Source: a virus
Taxonomy: Duplodnaviria > Caudoviricetes
DNA length: 35,727 bases
Virus record (IMG/VR): IMGVR_UViG_3300016467_000203
Location: 1 to 35,727 of that record
Direction: 5' to 3' (one strand)
Shown here: positions 1-8,222 of the stretch, piece by piece
How positions within the stretch are numbered: position 1 is the stretch's first letter
Layout of the letters: each line of letters starts with the position of its first letter
Made by a program: the position numbers and the translations under genes
The notes under the pieces: model-generated
The model's database searches: none
What the model saw: only the letters and a program-made list of their open reading frames with translations
Told to the model about the DNA's origin: nothing

Positions 1-21
1 TGCGCCGCCAGCCGCGCCGCA
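1..21. repeat. Terminal 21-nt direct repeat (identical to 35707-35727); circular contig overlap
   Basis: TGCGCCGCCAGCCGCGCCGCA at both ends; the ORF starting at 35087 continues in frame into the ORF ending at 1375. Confidence 0.95.
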
Positions 22-1375
22 GCGTAGCGGCGGTGCGACGGCAGCGGAAATCAAAGTGCTTCGCGCAATGGAGGCGTCTGGTGTGACGCCTGAAGATGCA
101 ATGGCGCAACTGGTAGAATCCCGCAGGCTTGGCGTTCCGCTGGGCGTTATTGACGTTGGCGGCACTCAGACCCAGCGGCTTGGCCGTTCTGTTAGGACGC
201 TGCCAGGCGAAGGCAGCAATATCGTTGAAACTGCGTTGGCAGAACGCGCCGCCAGCCAGCCGTCGCGCGTTGTCAACGCGCTGGAACGCGCTCTTGGAAC
301 ACGGGCAACGGGCCGTGGCGAAGCCGTGCTGGACGATCTGCTGACGCAGGCCCGCACGCAGTCTGGCCCGTATTATCGTCAGCTTGGCGATTTGCCTGAG
401 ATTACCGACCCTACGGTTCGTGCCCAGTTTGAACTACCGGCAGTCCAGAACGTCATACAGAACGCGGAAGAAGCCGCAATGGCGTGGGGAAGGCCGGTAA
501 ACCCGCTTTTCAACAATGGCGCTCTTGCTAGAAACCCCACGTTCCGCGATGTTGATTTGGTCAATCAAAACATTAACGAAATGCTGCGCCCGTCTTATTC
601 CATCAATCCGCGCCCGGTCCCAGGTGCGCCGGTTGCGACACGGGCGGAACGCGAAATGGCGTCTGCTGTACGCCGCGAACTTGTTGGCGCTGCTGACTTA
701 GCACCTGGCGGGGAAGTGTATTCCCGCGCACGTGGAGCATACGCAGGCCCAGCAGAAGCGCGGGAGTTTTACGAAGCTGGCCTGAACTTCCCGAAGGAAG
801 GCGCTCCTGACGTAAACGCTATACTTGGAACAGCCACTGGCCCGCAGTCTAAATGGTACAGGCGTGGTCAGATTGAGGCGTTGCGTTCCGGCGTCAATTC
901 CATGTCCGATCTAAGCAGCCAGCCCAACGTGCTGCGTAGCTTCTATGGCAACCCCGAAAGCCGCGCGAAGTTGCAGTCTTCAATTCCGAACATCAGAAAC
1001 CGTCCTGCGGACCTTGAGGCAAGGCTTAACATGGAAAACCAAGCGGCACGCACAAGCAATTTTGTGCGTAGCGGCTCTCAGACCGCAGATAAGGTTGCCG
1101 AAGCTGTCGATACTTTGACGCCTGATGAAGTAATTGAGGCGGCTTCTTCTCCTGTAAAGTCAACCATCAAGGGCGTGTGGAACAGCATATCTGGCGCAGT
1201 CGGAAAGCAAACGCGGTCGCAGGTCGCACAGCACCTGACCAGCTTTGACAACCCAGATCAAAGCCTTGCGTTCCTGCGCCGCTTGCAGGAATTGCAGGCA
1301 CGCGGTCGTTTAAACGCGCAGTCAATCGACGCTGCGGCTGCGGCAACTACTATTGCAAATCAAGTAAGGGATTAG
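1..1375 (+). CDS. C-terminal part of large virion/DNA-ejection-type protein (starts at 35087 across the junction; 664 aa total)
   Basis: Frame continuity across the overlap; Ala/Arg-rich; last gene before the tail fibre, the position of P22 gp16-like ejection proteins (synteny inference). Confidence 0.75.
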   Translation, partial: APPAAPQRSGGATAAEIKVLRAMEASGVTPEDAMAQLVESRRLGVPLGVIDVGGTQTQRLGRSVRTLPGEGSNIVETALAERAASQPSRVVNALERALGTRATGRGEAVLDDLLTQARTQSGPYYRQLGDLPEITDPTVRAQFELPAVQNVIQNAEEAAMAWGRPVNPLFNNGALARNPTFRDVDLVNQNINEMLRPSYSINPRPVPGAPVATRAEREMASAVRRELVGAADLAPGGEVYSRARGAYAGPAEAREFYEAGLNFPKEGAPDVNAILGTATGPQSKWYRRGQIEALRSGVNSMSDLSSQPNVLRSFYGNPESRAKLQSSIPNIRNRPADLEARLNMENQAARTSNFVRSGSQTADKVAEAVDTLTPDEVIEAASSPVKSTIKGVWNSISGAVGKQTRSQVAQHLTSFDNPDQSLAFLRRLQELQARGRLNAQSIDAAAAATTIANQVRD

Positions 1376-1379
1376 AAAT

Positions 1380-3899
1380 ATGCCCCGCAACGGTTCAGGT
1401 ACTTACTCGCTGCCCGCTGGCAACCCGGTTGAACCCAATACCGTCATTGAGACGGAGTGGGCCAACGACACGATGGAGGACATTGGTAACGAGATTACCA
1501 ATTCTCTTTCGCGCACGGGCGAGGGCGGAATGTTGGCCCCGCTGCGGTTTTACGATGGCACCGAAAGCGTACCAGGCATTGCGTGGATTGACGAAACCAG
1601 CACCGGGTTTTACCTGGAGGACGCTGGCGAGTTTGCCGCTACGGTTCTGACCGAAGCGGTTGCCAAGTTTACATCTAACGGCGTGACGATCCCGCTGACC
1701 AAAACGCTGTCGGTGCTGGGCAACCAGACAGTTGGCGGAACTTTGGGCGTCACTGGTGTGATTACCGCTACGGGTGGCGTAAACGGCAACATCACCACCA
1801 GCAGCGCGACCATCACGGGCGGCACTATTAACGGCACGGCCATTGGCGGCAGCACGGCTGCGGCTGGTGCGTTCACCACGCTGTCGGCGTCGGGCGCGTT
1901 CAGCCTGTCGGGCGATCAGGTGCAAGTCAGCGAAGGCGGCACTGGTGCCACTACCGCGTCTGGCGCTCGCACCGCGTTGGGCTTGGCGATTGGTACGGAT
2001 GTGCCGTCGCCTACCGGCACGGGCGCGTCTGGTACCTGGAACATCAGCGTGAGCGGCAACGCTGCCACGGTGAGCAACGGCGTCTATACCAACGGCAGCT
2101 ACAGCAACCCGTCTTGGATTACATCGCTGGCGGGCAGCAAGATCACTGGCAACATTTCGGGTAATGCGGCTGGCCTGACGGCCACGCTGGCTATTGCCAG
2201 CGGCGGCACAAACGCCACCACTGAAGCGGGCGCTCGCGCCAACCTGCTGCCGTCCTATGCAACAAACGCGCTGAAGTTCCTGCGCGTCAATTCGGGCGGA
2301 ACGGACGTTGAATGGGCGACTGAGCCTAGCCTTGGCACCGTGACGAGCGTTGCGGCGTCGGGCGGGACCACGGGCCTGTCGTTTAGCGGCAGCCCGATTA
2401 CCAGCAGCGGCACCCTTACCCTTGGCGGCACGCTGGCTATTGCGTCGGGTGGTACTGGTTCGGCCACGGCTGGTGATGCTCGCACGGCGCTGGATGTGCC
2501 TTCGACCACTGGTTCGGGCGCGTCTGGCACCTGGGGCATCGGCATCACGGGCAACGCTGGCACCGTTACAAACGGCGTGTACACCAGCGGCAGCTACAGC
2601 GATCCGGCTTGGATTACTAGCTTGGCTGGCTCCAAGATTACCGGCAACATCAGCGGCAACGCTGGCGGGCTTTCGTCAACTTTGGGGGTCAGTAGCGGCG
2701 GTACGGGGCAGACTACTTACACGGACGGTCAGCTTCTGATCGGCAACAGCACGGGCAACACGCTGACCAAAGCCACGCTGACGGCTGGTTCTGGCATCAC
2801 AATTACGAACGGCAACGGCTCTATCACTGTTGCTTCAACTGCTGGTGGCGGCAGCGTTACGTCGGTTGACGTTAGCGGCGGTACGACTGGTCTGACAACC
2901 AGCGGCGGTCCTGTGACTGGCAGCGGCACAATCACGCTGGCTGGTACGCTGGGCGTTGCTAACGGCGGTACTGGAGCGACTACCCTGACGGGTTACGTCA
3001 AGGGTTCTGGAACGTCGGCGTTTACGGCTTCGTCCACTATCCCTACTAGCGACCTCTCTGGCACCATTAGCCTGACCTCCCAGGTCACAGGCACTTTGCC
3101 TGTCGCTAACGGCGGCACGGGTGTTACTACCAGCACCGGGACTGGTAGCGTTGTGTTATCGGCTGGTCCGACTTTTACCGGCACACTCGCCAGTGCTAAT
3201 CAGACGCTTACTACCACTTCCGCCAACGCTCTTGCCGTTGGCCGTCAAGGCACAACTAACCCGGTCCTGAACGTAGATGCCTCTACCGCTAACGTAGTGA
3301 CTGGCTTGAACGTTAAGGGAGCGGCTGCTGCCGCAGGACTTGCGCTTTCCGTCACTTCGTCCGGCACAAACGAGAACCTGACGATTGACGCTAAGGGCAG
3401 CGGGACTGTCACGATCAACGGCACAGCGACTGGGGCTATCACTTTAAGCCGTGCTACCACTCTTTCTGCTGCGCTTACCTACGGTGGCGTGACACTTTCT
3501 AACGCCGTGACTGGCACAGGTAATATGGTGCTGAGCGCAAGTCCTACGTTTACTGGTACGGTGAACGCCGCTGCTGGTACTTTTTCAGGGCTTTTGACAG
3601 GTTCCAACATCAACAGCCAAACAGGTACTACCGCAGCCGCAACTGTAAACGTTTGGTACAACACTGCTGTTGTTGCGGGTTTAGGTACTGGAATGTATTT
3701 TTTCTGGGCGACAACCTACACCGGAGCAAGCTGGATTAGCCGCATTATGATGCAAGAAAACGGCAACGGCGCTCTTAAAACCGTGGTGGACGGCGCTGTT
3801 TCAACTATGGAAATGCAGTATTCCGGATCTTACATTCAGGTTAGGAATACCTCTTACAACGGCTACCCAATATCTTGGGGTCTTACAAAAGTAGCATAG
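1380..3899 (+). CDS. Tail fibre / receptor-binding protein, Gly/Thr/Ser-rich with GGTG repeats
   Basis: 839 aa; N-terminus MPRNGSGTYSLPAGNPV of podovirus fibre-anchor type; repeated (V/I)xxGGTG motifs and internally duplicated modules; position at the end of the tail genes. Confidence 0.85.
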   Translation: MPRNGSGTYSLPAGNPVEPNTVIETEWANDTMEDIGNEITNSLSRTGEGGMLAPLRFYDGTESVPGIAWIDETSTGFYLEDAGEFAATVLTEAVAKFTSNGVTIPLTKTLSVLGNQTVGGTLGVTGVITATGGVNGNITTSSATITGGTINGTAIGGSTAAAGAFTTLSASGAFSLSGDQVQVSEGGTGATTASGARTALGLAIGTDVPSPTGTGASGTWNISVSGNAATVSNGVYTNGSYSNPSWITSLAGSKITGNISGNAAGLTATLAIASGGTNATTEAGARANLLPSYATNALKFLRVNSGGTDVEWATEPSLGTVTSVAASGGTTGLSFSGSPITSSGTLTLGGTLAIASGGTGSATAGDARTALDVPSTTGSGASGTWGIGITGNAGTVTNGVYTSGSYSDPAWITSLAGSKITGNISGNAGGLSSTLGVSSGGTGQTTYTDGQLLIGNSTGNTLTKATLTAGSGITITNGNGSITVASTAGGGSVTSVDVSGGTTGLTTSGGPVTGSGTITLAGTLGVANGGTGATTLTGYVKGSGTSAFTASSTIPTSDLSGTISLTSQVTGTLPVANGGTGVTTSTGTGSVVLSAGPTFTGTLASANQTLTTTSANALAVGRQGTTNPVLNVDASTANVVTGLNVKGAAAAAGLALSVTSSGTNENLTIDAKGSGTVTINGTATGAITLSRATTLSAALTYGGVTLSNAVTGTGNMVLSASPTFTGTVNAAAGTFSGLLTGSNINSQTGTTAAATVNVWYNTAVVAGLGTGMYFFWATTYTGASWISRIMMQENGNGALKTVVDGAVSTMEMQYSGSYIQVRNTSYNGYPISWGLTKVA

Positions 3900-3910
3900 A
3901 GGTAAAAAAG

Positions 3911-4234
3911 ATGAATATTAAATACGATTGGGTCGTCGAAAGCCTGACGTGCTTTCCTCAAGAGGACGGGAAAACTGATGTTGTTTTCTTGGTTGGTTGG
4001 CGTTGCAGCGCAACGGATGGAACGTATTCGTCCTCTCTGCCCGGAAGTGTAAACGTCATTTTTACGCCCGGTCAGCCCTTTACGCCTTACGCTGATCTGA
4101 CACAGGACCAAGTTTTAAATTGGATTTGGGATGGTCGGATAAACAAAACGGATATTGAAGCTGTGCTTGCCCAAAACATTAACGACCAGATTAACCCGCC
4201 TGTAGTCACGCCACCGCTGCCCTGGAGCGCGTAA
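3911..4234 (+). CDS. Small tail-fibre-associated protein (FTPYADLT...PLPW type)
   Basis: GAGGT ribosome-binding site then ATG 3911; motif typical of proteins following fibre genes in aquatic phages. Confidence 0.7.
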   Translation: MNIKYDWVVESLTCFPQEDGKTDVVFLVGWRCSATDGTYSSSLPGSVNVIFTPGQPFTPYADLTQDQVLNWIWDGRINKTDIEAVLAQNINDQINPPVVTPPLPWSA

Positions 4235-4407
4235 TGAAACTCGACCTGACCATTGAACAGGTGAACGCCATTCTCAACGCTTTGGGAAACGCGCCTTATG
4301 TGCAGGTCGTTGATCTAATCGCGGAAATACGGAAGCAGGGGCAAGAGCAAATTGCGGCTGAACAGGCTGCTGAAGTAGCAAATCAAACCGCTGAAGCAGC
4401 AAATTAG
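4234..4407 (+). CDS. 57-aa helical protein, possible fibre chaperone (not in ORF track)
   Basis: TAATG overlap with upstream stop; MKLDLTIEQVNAILNALGNAPYVQVVDLIAEIRKQ... Confidence 0.7.
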   Translation: MKLDLTIEQVNAILNALGNAPYVQVVDLIAEIRKQGQEQIAAEQAAEVANQTAEAAN

Positions 4408-4418
4408 GGAATAGTGCC

Positions 4419-4751
4419 ATGCTTGGAGCCTCCGAATATCTCACCGGCAAGATTACCGCCGCCATTGGCGGGCTATTCGGGGGTCTTGGCATCCTGACGT
4501 TTATCAAGCCCGCCAGTATCAACGAAGCGTTTATGCGTGGCGGCATTAGCACCGGCTCTGCCGTGATCTTTGCTGGCCCTATTCTTGACCGGGTTGGCCT
4601 GACAAACGACTGGGACACTCAGATTGCGTCTGGTGCCATTGTCGGCTTTACGGCATATTTTATTCTTGGCGCTATCGCCAACTTTTTCCGCAAGAACGAA
4701 AATTCGGACATTTTTGAGGTGGTGGACAAGGTGAAGGGGAAGAAGAAATGA
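4419..4751 (+). CDS. Holin-like membrane protein
   Basis: 110 aa, about 3 hydrophobic segments, basic C-terminus, in lysis cassette. Confidence 0.6.
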   Translation: MLGASEYLTGKITAAIGGLFGGLGILTFIKPASINEAFMRGGISTGSAVIFAGPILDRVGLTNDWDTQIASGAIVGFTAYFILGAIANFFRKNENSDIFEVVDKVKGKKK

Positions 4752-5122
4752 TCTTGCTCGTCAACCTTATTTGTCACCTAACTATTTTCAGCGGCGCACT
4801 CTATGTTGCGACGTACAACAAACGTCTTCCGCAATGGCACGTTACGCCGCTTTGGTACGCCGGAATGGCTTGCCTGCTGACGGCGTTGACAATTGTGTTC
4901 CAGTTTCTGTTTGGCGCGTCTTTCCCGCTGGCCTACGATAACGTCGGGATCATCGGAGAAACATCATTAAACATCTGTCTAGCTATCGTTTCCGGTAGCT
5001 TTTTTTATGCGACGTATAAGAAAAACAAAGAAGTTTTTGAAGAACAGCCGTTTGTCACAAAAACTTTTGCCGTAAAAAAAATGGCGGTAAAGAAAAAGAA
5101 AGCAACAGGCAAAAATGTTTGA
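4748..5122 (+). CDS. Membrane protein with Lys-rich tail (lysis cassette)
   Basis: ATGA overlap; about 3 hydrophobic segments. Confidence 0.6.
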   Translation: MILLVNLICHLTIFSGALYVATYNKRLPQWHVTPLWYAGMACLLTALTIVFQFLFGASFPLAYDNVGIIGETSLNICLAIVSGSFFYATYKKNKEVFEEQPFVTKTFAVKKMAVKKKKATGKNV

Positions 5123-5609
5123 ACTTTTTGGTGGCGGTATTTTTGGCAGTTTGCTTGGCGGCGTGTTCCGCCTGGTGCCGGAAGTGCTGAAGTGGTCCGA
5201 CAAGAAAAACGAACGCAGCCACGAATTGAAGATGTTTGAGTCGCAGTGCGAGCTTGAAAAGCAGCGCGGCGCTCAGAAGCTGGCTGAAGTGGCGGCGCAG
5301 AAAGAGGCCGCGCTGGACGTTGGCATTGCTAATGCTTTCAACGCAGCAATTAACCAGCAGACGGAAATGGTCAAGGCGGCTGGTGGCTGGGCTGCGGCCC
5401 TGTCGGCGTCGGTGCGTCCGGTAATGACGTACTACCTGCTGGTTATGTACGGGCTGGTGAAAATCAGCTTCATCGTCATGGCGCACAAAAGCAATGTGCC
5501 GTTTTCTGAGGCGGTGGTTAAGAACTGGTCAACCGATGACATGGCGCTTCTTGGAGGCGTTCTGAACTACTGGCTCATCGACCGCAGCCTTGCCAAGCGC
5601 GGGCTGTAA
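5115..5609 (+). CDS. Holin-like protein (resembles 3TM/GTA-type holins)
   Basis: N-terminal amphipathic segment, coiled coil, W..SVRP-TM and YW..DRS motifs; directly upstream of lysozyme. Confidence 0.55.
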   Translation: MFELFGGGIFGSLLGGVFRLVPEVLKWSDKKNERSHELKMFESQCELEKQRGAQKLAEVAAQKEAALDVGIANAFNAAINQQTEMVKAAGGWAAALSASVRPVMTYYLLVMYGLVKISFIVMAHKSNVPFSEAVVKNWSTDDMALLGGVLNYWLIDRSLAKRGL

Positions 5610-6055
5610 TGGACCTGGCTCCGGCCATTAGCATGATTAAGGCGTTTGAGGGCTTCCGCCCCAAGCCTTACCTGTGCCCGGCTGGCATCCCCACTATTGG
5701 CTATGGCTCAACCTGGCGCTTAGACGGTAGCCCCGTTGAACTGACCGACCCGCCAATGTCGGAGGCTCAAGCGGTGAGCCTGCTAGAACGCGAGGTGTAC
5801 GGCACCGCGCTGCCTGGCGTGCTTCGACTGTGCCCATTAACTATTTCGCAGCCGGGCGTGCTTAACGCGCTTGTGGATTTTACTTTCAATCTTGGCGTTG
5901 GGCAGTTACAAACAAGCACCTTGCGCCGAAAGGTAAACGCACAAGACTGGCAAGGGGCGCGTGAACAGTTAGCCCGCTGGGTGCGCGGCGGCGGGAAGGT
6001 TCTGCCGGGGCTGGTACGCCGGAGGGCAGCAGAAGCATCGTTACTCCCACCATAG
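5609..6055 (+). CDS. Endolysin, GH24 phage lysozyme
   Basis: FEG...YLCPAGIPTIGYG, ALVDFTFNLG and LPGLVRRRAAE motifs. Confidence 0.93.
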   Translation: MDLAPAISMIKAFEGFRPKPYLCPAGIPTIGYGSTWRLDGSPVELTDPPMSEAQAVSLLEREVYGTALPGVLRLCPLTISQPGVLNALVDFTFNLGVGQLQTSTLRRKVNAQDWQGAREQLARWVRGGGKVLPGLVRRRAAEASLLPP

Positions 6056-6064
6056 GAGGCGACA

Positions 6065-7102
6065 ATAGCACCGCCTAAATTAAGCAACAAAGTATTAGAT
6101 GACACGATTGAACTGGTTAAGCGGTTTGGCTCTGTCAGAAAAGCCGCAGCTAAAACTGGTGTTAACGAAGTCACCCTGCGCCGCCGTCACAGAATGGCTC
6201 TGGCGCGTGAGCCAAAGCCGCCTGAGTTCCACGTTACGCCGTTGCCCGACGAACACGTTGACACGGACAGCCTGATCGAATGGCGCAAGCGCCAGTTTGC
6301 GCAAAAGCAGAAATACAAGGAAAGCGCCAAGCTGCGCGAGGTGAAGGTTAGGGTTAACGGCCCTATCGGCATCGTCCATTTTGGCGACCCGCACGTTGAC
6401 GATGACGGCACCGACATCGCCCTGCTGGAAGGCCATATGGACATCGTGAACGCCACCGAAGGCATGTTCGGGGCGAACCTGGGCGATCTACAGAACAACT
6501 GGATAGGGCGGCTGGCCCGGCTCTGGGCGGATCAGGGCACCAGCGCCAAGCAGGCGTGGCAGCTAACCGAATGGATGTGCCACAAGGTCAACTGGCTGTA
6601 CCTGATCGGCGGAAACCATGACGCTTGGAGCGGTTCGGGCGATCCGCTGAAGTGGATCATGGCGCAGTCCAACACCGCCTTCGACTACAGCGGCACGCGC
6701 CTGAACCTGGTGTTCCCCAACGGCAAGGGCGTGCGCGTGAACGCCCGGCATGACTTCAGCGGTCATTCGATGTGGAACCCGGCGCACGGGCCGATGAAGG
6801 CGGCGATGGGCGGCTGGCGTGACCACATCCTGACTTGCGGCCACAAGCACGTTTCCTTTGTCGCTGGTCCGCTTAAAGACCCAGCAAACGGGCTGCTGTC
6901 CTGGGCGATCCGCTGTGCCGGTTACAAGACCTATGACCGCTATGCGGAGGAAAAGGGCCTGCCCGACCAGAACGCCTTCCCGGCCTGCGTGACGATCATC
7001 AACCCCATCTATGCGGACGATGACCCGCGCCTGGTGACGGTGATACCGGACGTTGAGACGGGGGCTGACTATCTGACCTTCCTGCGCCGGAAATGCACCT
7101 GA
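6065..7102 (+). CDS. Calcineurin-like metallophosphoesterase with probable N-terminal HTH (ATA start 6065; first ATG 6194)
   Basis: GDPH, GD, GGNHD, RH and GHKH metal-binding motifs; AGGAGG at 6054-6059 precedes in-frame ATA. Confidence 0.85.
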   Translation: MAPPKLSNKVLDDTIELVKRFGSVRKAAAKTGVNEVTLRRRHRMALAREPKPPEFHVTPLPDEHVDTDSLIEWRKRQFAQKQKYKESAKLREVKVRVNGPIGIVHFGDPHVDDDGTDIALLEGHMDIVNATEGMFGANLGDLQNNWIGRLARLWADQGTSAKQAWQLTEWMCHKVNWLYLIGGNHDAWSGSGDPLKWIMAQSNTAFDYSGTRLNLVFPNGKGVRVNARHDFSGHSMWNPAHGPMKAAMGGWRDHILTCGHKHVSFVAGPLKDPANGLLSWAIRCAGYKTYDRYAEEKGLPDQNAFPACVTIINPIYADDDPRLVTVIPDVETGADYLTFLRRKCT

Positions 7103-7434
7103 CCCCCGGCATCATGGAGGCGGCGTATTCCCTGCTTCGGGAGACGCCGCCGTTTGCCCGCTGGCGTCTGCCGGAGGCAGATGAGGTGGGCTTTGTGGTG
7201 ACGCGGGACAGGCTGGTGAAGGGGGATTACGGCTTTGAGAACGGGCATGTGATCCGCATGAGTGCCGCCGTCATAGGCTCATTGCATGAGCTTCTGGTGA
7301 CGATGGCGCATGAGATGTGCCACCTGCGCCAGCAGCTTGTGGCCCCTAAAGACGCGGCGCACCACGGGACGCGCTTTCGGCAGTACGCGGAAGCGGTCTG
7401 CCGGGTTCACGGCTTTGACCGCAAGGCGTTTTAG
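7093..7434 (+). CDS. SprT-like zinc metalloprotease domain protein
   Basis: HEMCH (HExxH) followed by HHG..F motif. Confidence 0.7.
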   Translation: MHLTPGIMEAAYSLLRETPPFARWRLPEADEVGFVVTRDRLVKGDYGFENGHVIRMSAAVIGSLHELLVTMAHEMCHLRQQLVAPKDAAHHGTRFRQYAEAVCRVHGFDRKAF

Positions 7435-7538
7435 GGGTCTACCAAATCTTACCAGTTTTGTGGGAAATTAGGGCCAACCAGTCCAATGCAGTCCCTGACG
7501 AATCAGTAACTTACTGATCTGATTGACCCCCGTATCGC

Positions 7539-7584
7539 GCTCGTAACCCGAAGGTCGCAGGTTCAAATCCTGCCCCCGCTACCA
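7539..7584 (+). other. attP core: 3' half of initiator tRNA-fMet (not a full tRNA)
   Basis: GCTCGTAACCCGAAGGTCGCAGGTTCAAATCCTGCCCCCGCTACCA contains anticodon loop, CCCGA stem, T-arm GCAGG-TTCAAAT-CCTGC, acceptor CCCCGCT and ACCA; the 5' half CGCGGGG is absent. Confidence 0.9.
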
Positions 7585-7596
7585 ACAAATTCCGCG

Positions 7597-8073
7597 ATGA
7601 TAACACCGGGAGAAATTACCGCAGGAATTGCAAGCCTACGGTTGGCGTTTGATATCACTAAAGGGCTTCGCGACGTCGCGAATGCGGCAGATCGAAACAC
7701 AAAGATTGTTGAGTTGCAGGCCGCTATAATGGACGCCCAAGCGGGGGCAATCGAGGCCCAGCAGGCGCATTCGGCGGACGTTAAGCGCATAGGCGATCTT
7801 GAAGCAGAAGTGGCTCGCCTGAAAGCATGGGAAGGCGAGAAGCAAAAGTACGAGCTTAAGGGCCTTGGAGGTGGTGCGGTCGCCTATATGCTTAAGGCAG
7901 AGGAACGCGGAGCCGAACCCCCGCATTGGCTCTGTCAGCCCTGCTACGAGAAGGGCCAAAAGCGAATGCTCCAGCCGCAGGACATGGTCGTGGTAGGGCG
8001 CGGCCATAATTTTAGTTGCCCAGAGTGCCACAGCGCTTTTCAGACGAGTGCGTTTCAGCCGAACTGGTCTTGA
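7597..8073 (+). CDS. Moron: coiled-coil plus C-terminal Zn-ribbon hypothetical protein
   Basis: 158 aa; HWLCQPC...CPEC; lies inside attP, convergent with int. Confidence 0.8.
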   Translation: MITPGEITAGIASLRLAFDITKGLRDVANAADRNTKIVELQAAIMDAQAGAIEAQQAHSADVKRIGDLEAEVARLKAWEGEKQKYELKGLGGGAVAYMLKAEERGAEPPHWLCQPCYEKGQKRMLQPQDMVVVGRGHNFSCPECHSAFQTSAFQPNWS

Positions 8074-8222
8074 GCCATATCGCGCAATAATATTACGCAT
8101 ACCTCGCCCCACAGCATTTAGACTTGGGTTTCCCAACAGCACAGTTCCGACAAATTCAGTCACTTACGAGCGGTGACTGTCGGGCCAGAAATGGCCTTGT
8201 GGCAAAATCCTACCAATCCCGG

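Larger units (their letters stand above)
7439..8220. mobile_element. attP: attP region (core plus arm-type and IHF-like repeats)
   Basis: Adjacent to int 3' end; AAATC(T/C)TACCA at 7444-7454 and 8205-8215; TCAGT(A/C)ACTTAC at 7503-7514 and 8156-8167 (IHF-consensus-like); tRNA-derived core. Confidence 0.75.

Noticed and set aside
1380-3899. Diversity-generating retroelement target
   Set aside because: No reverse transcriptase; the repeats differ at all base types, not only adenines.
5645-5710. Inactive lysozyme (Cys in place of the T4L Asp20 position)
   Set aside because: The YxCPAG variant is common among GH24 phage lysozymes; catalytic Glu and Thr are retained.
7523-7549. Promoter TTGACC...TAACCC for the moron
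   Set aside because: Spacer is only 15 nt and the -10 is poor; not supportable.
7508-7584. Complete phage tRNA gene (apparent anticodon CGT)
   Set aside because: No 5' acceptor strand or D-arm; only the 3' half of tRNA-fMet next to an integrase, i.e. an att core.
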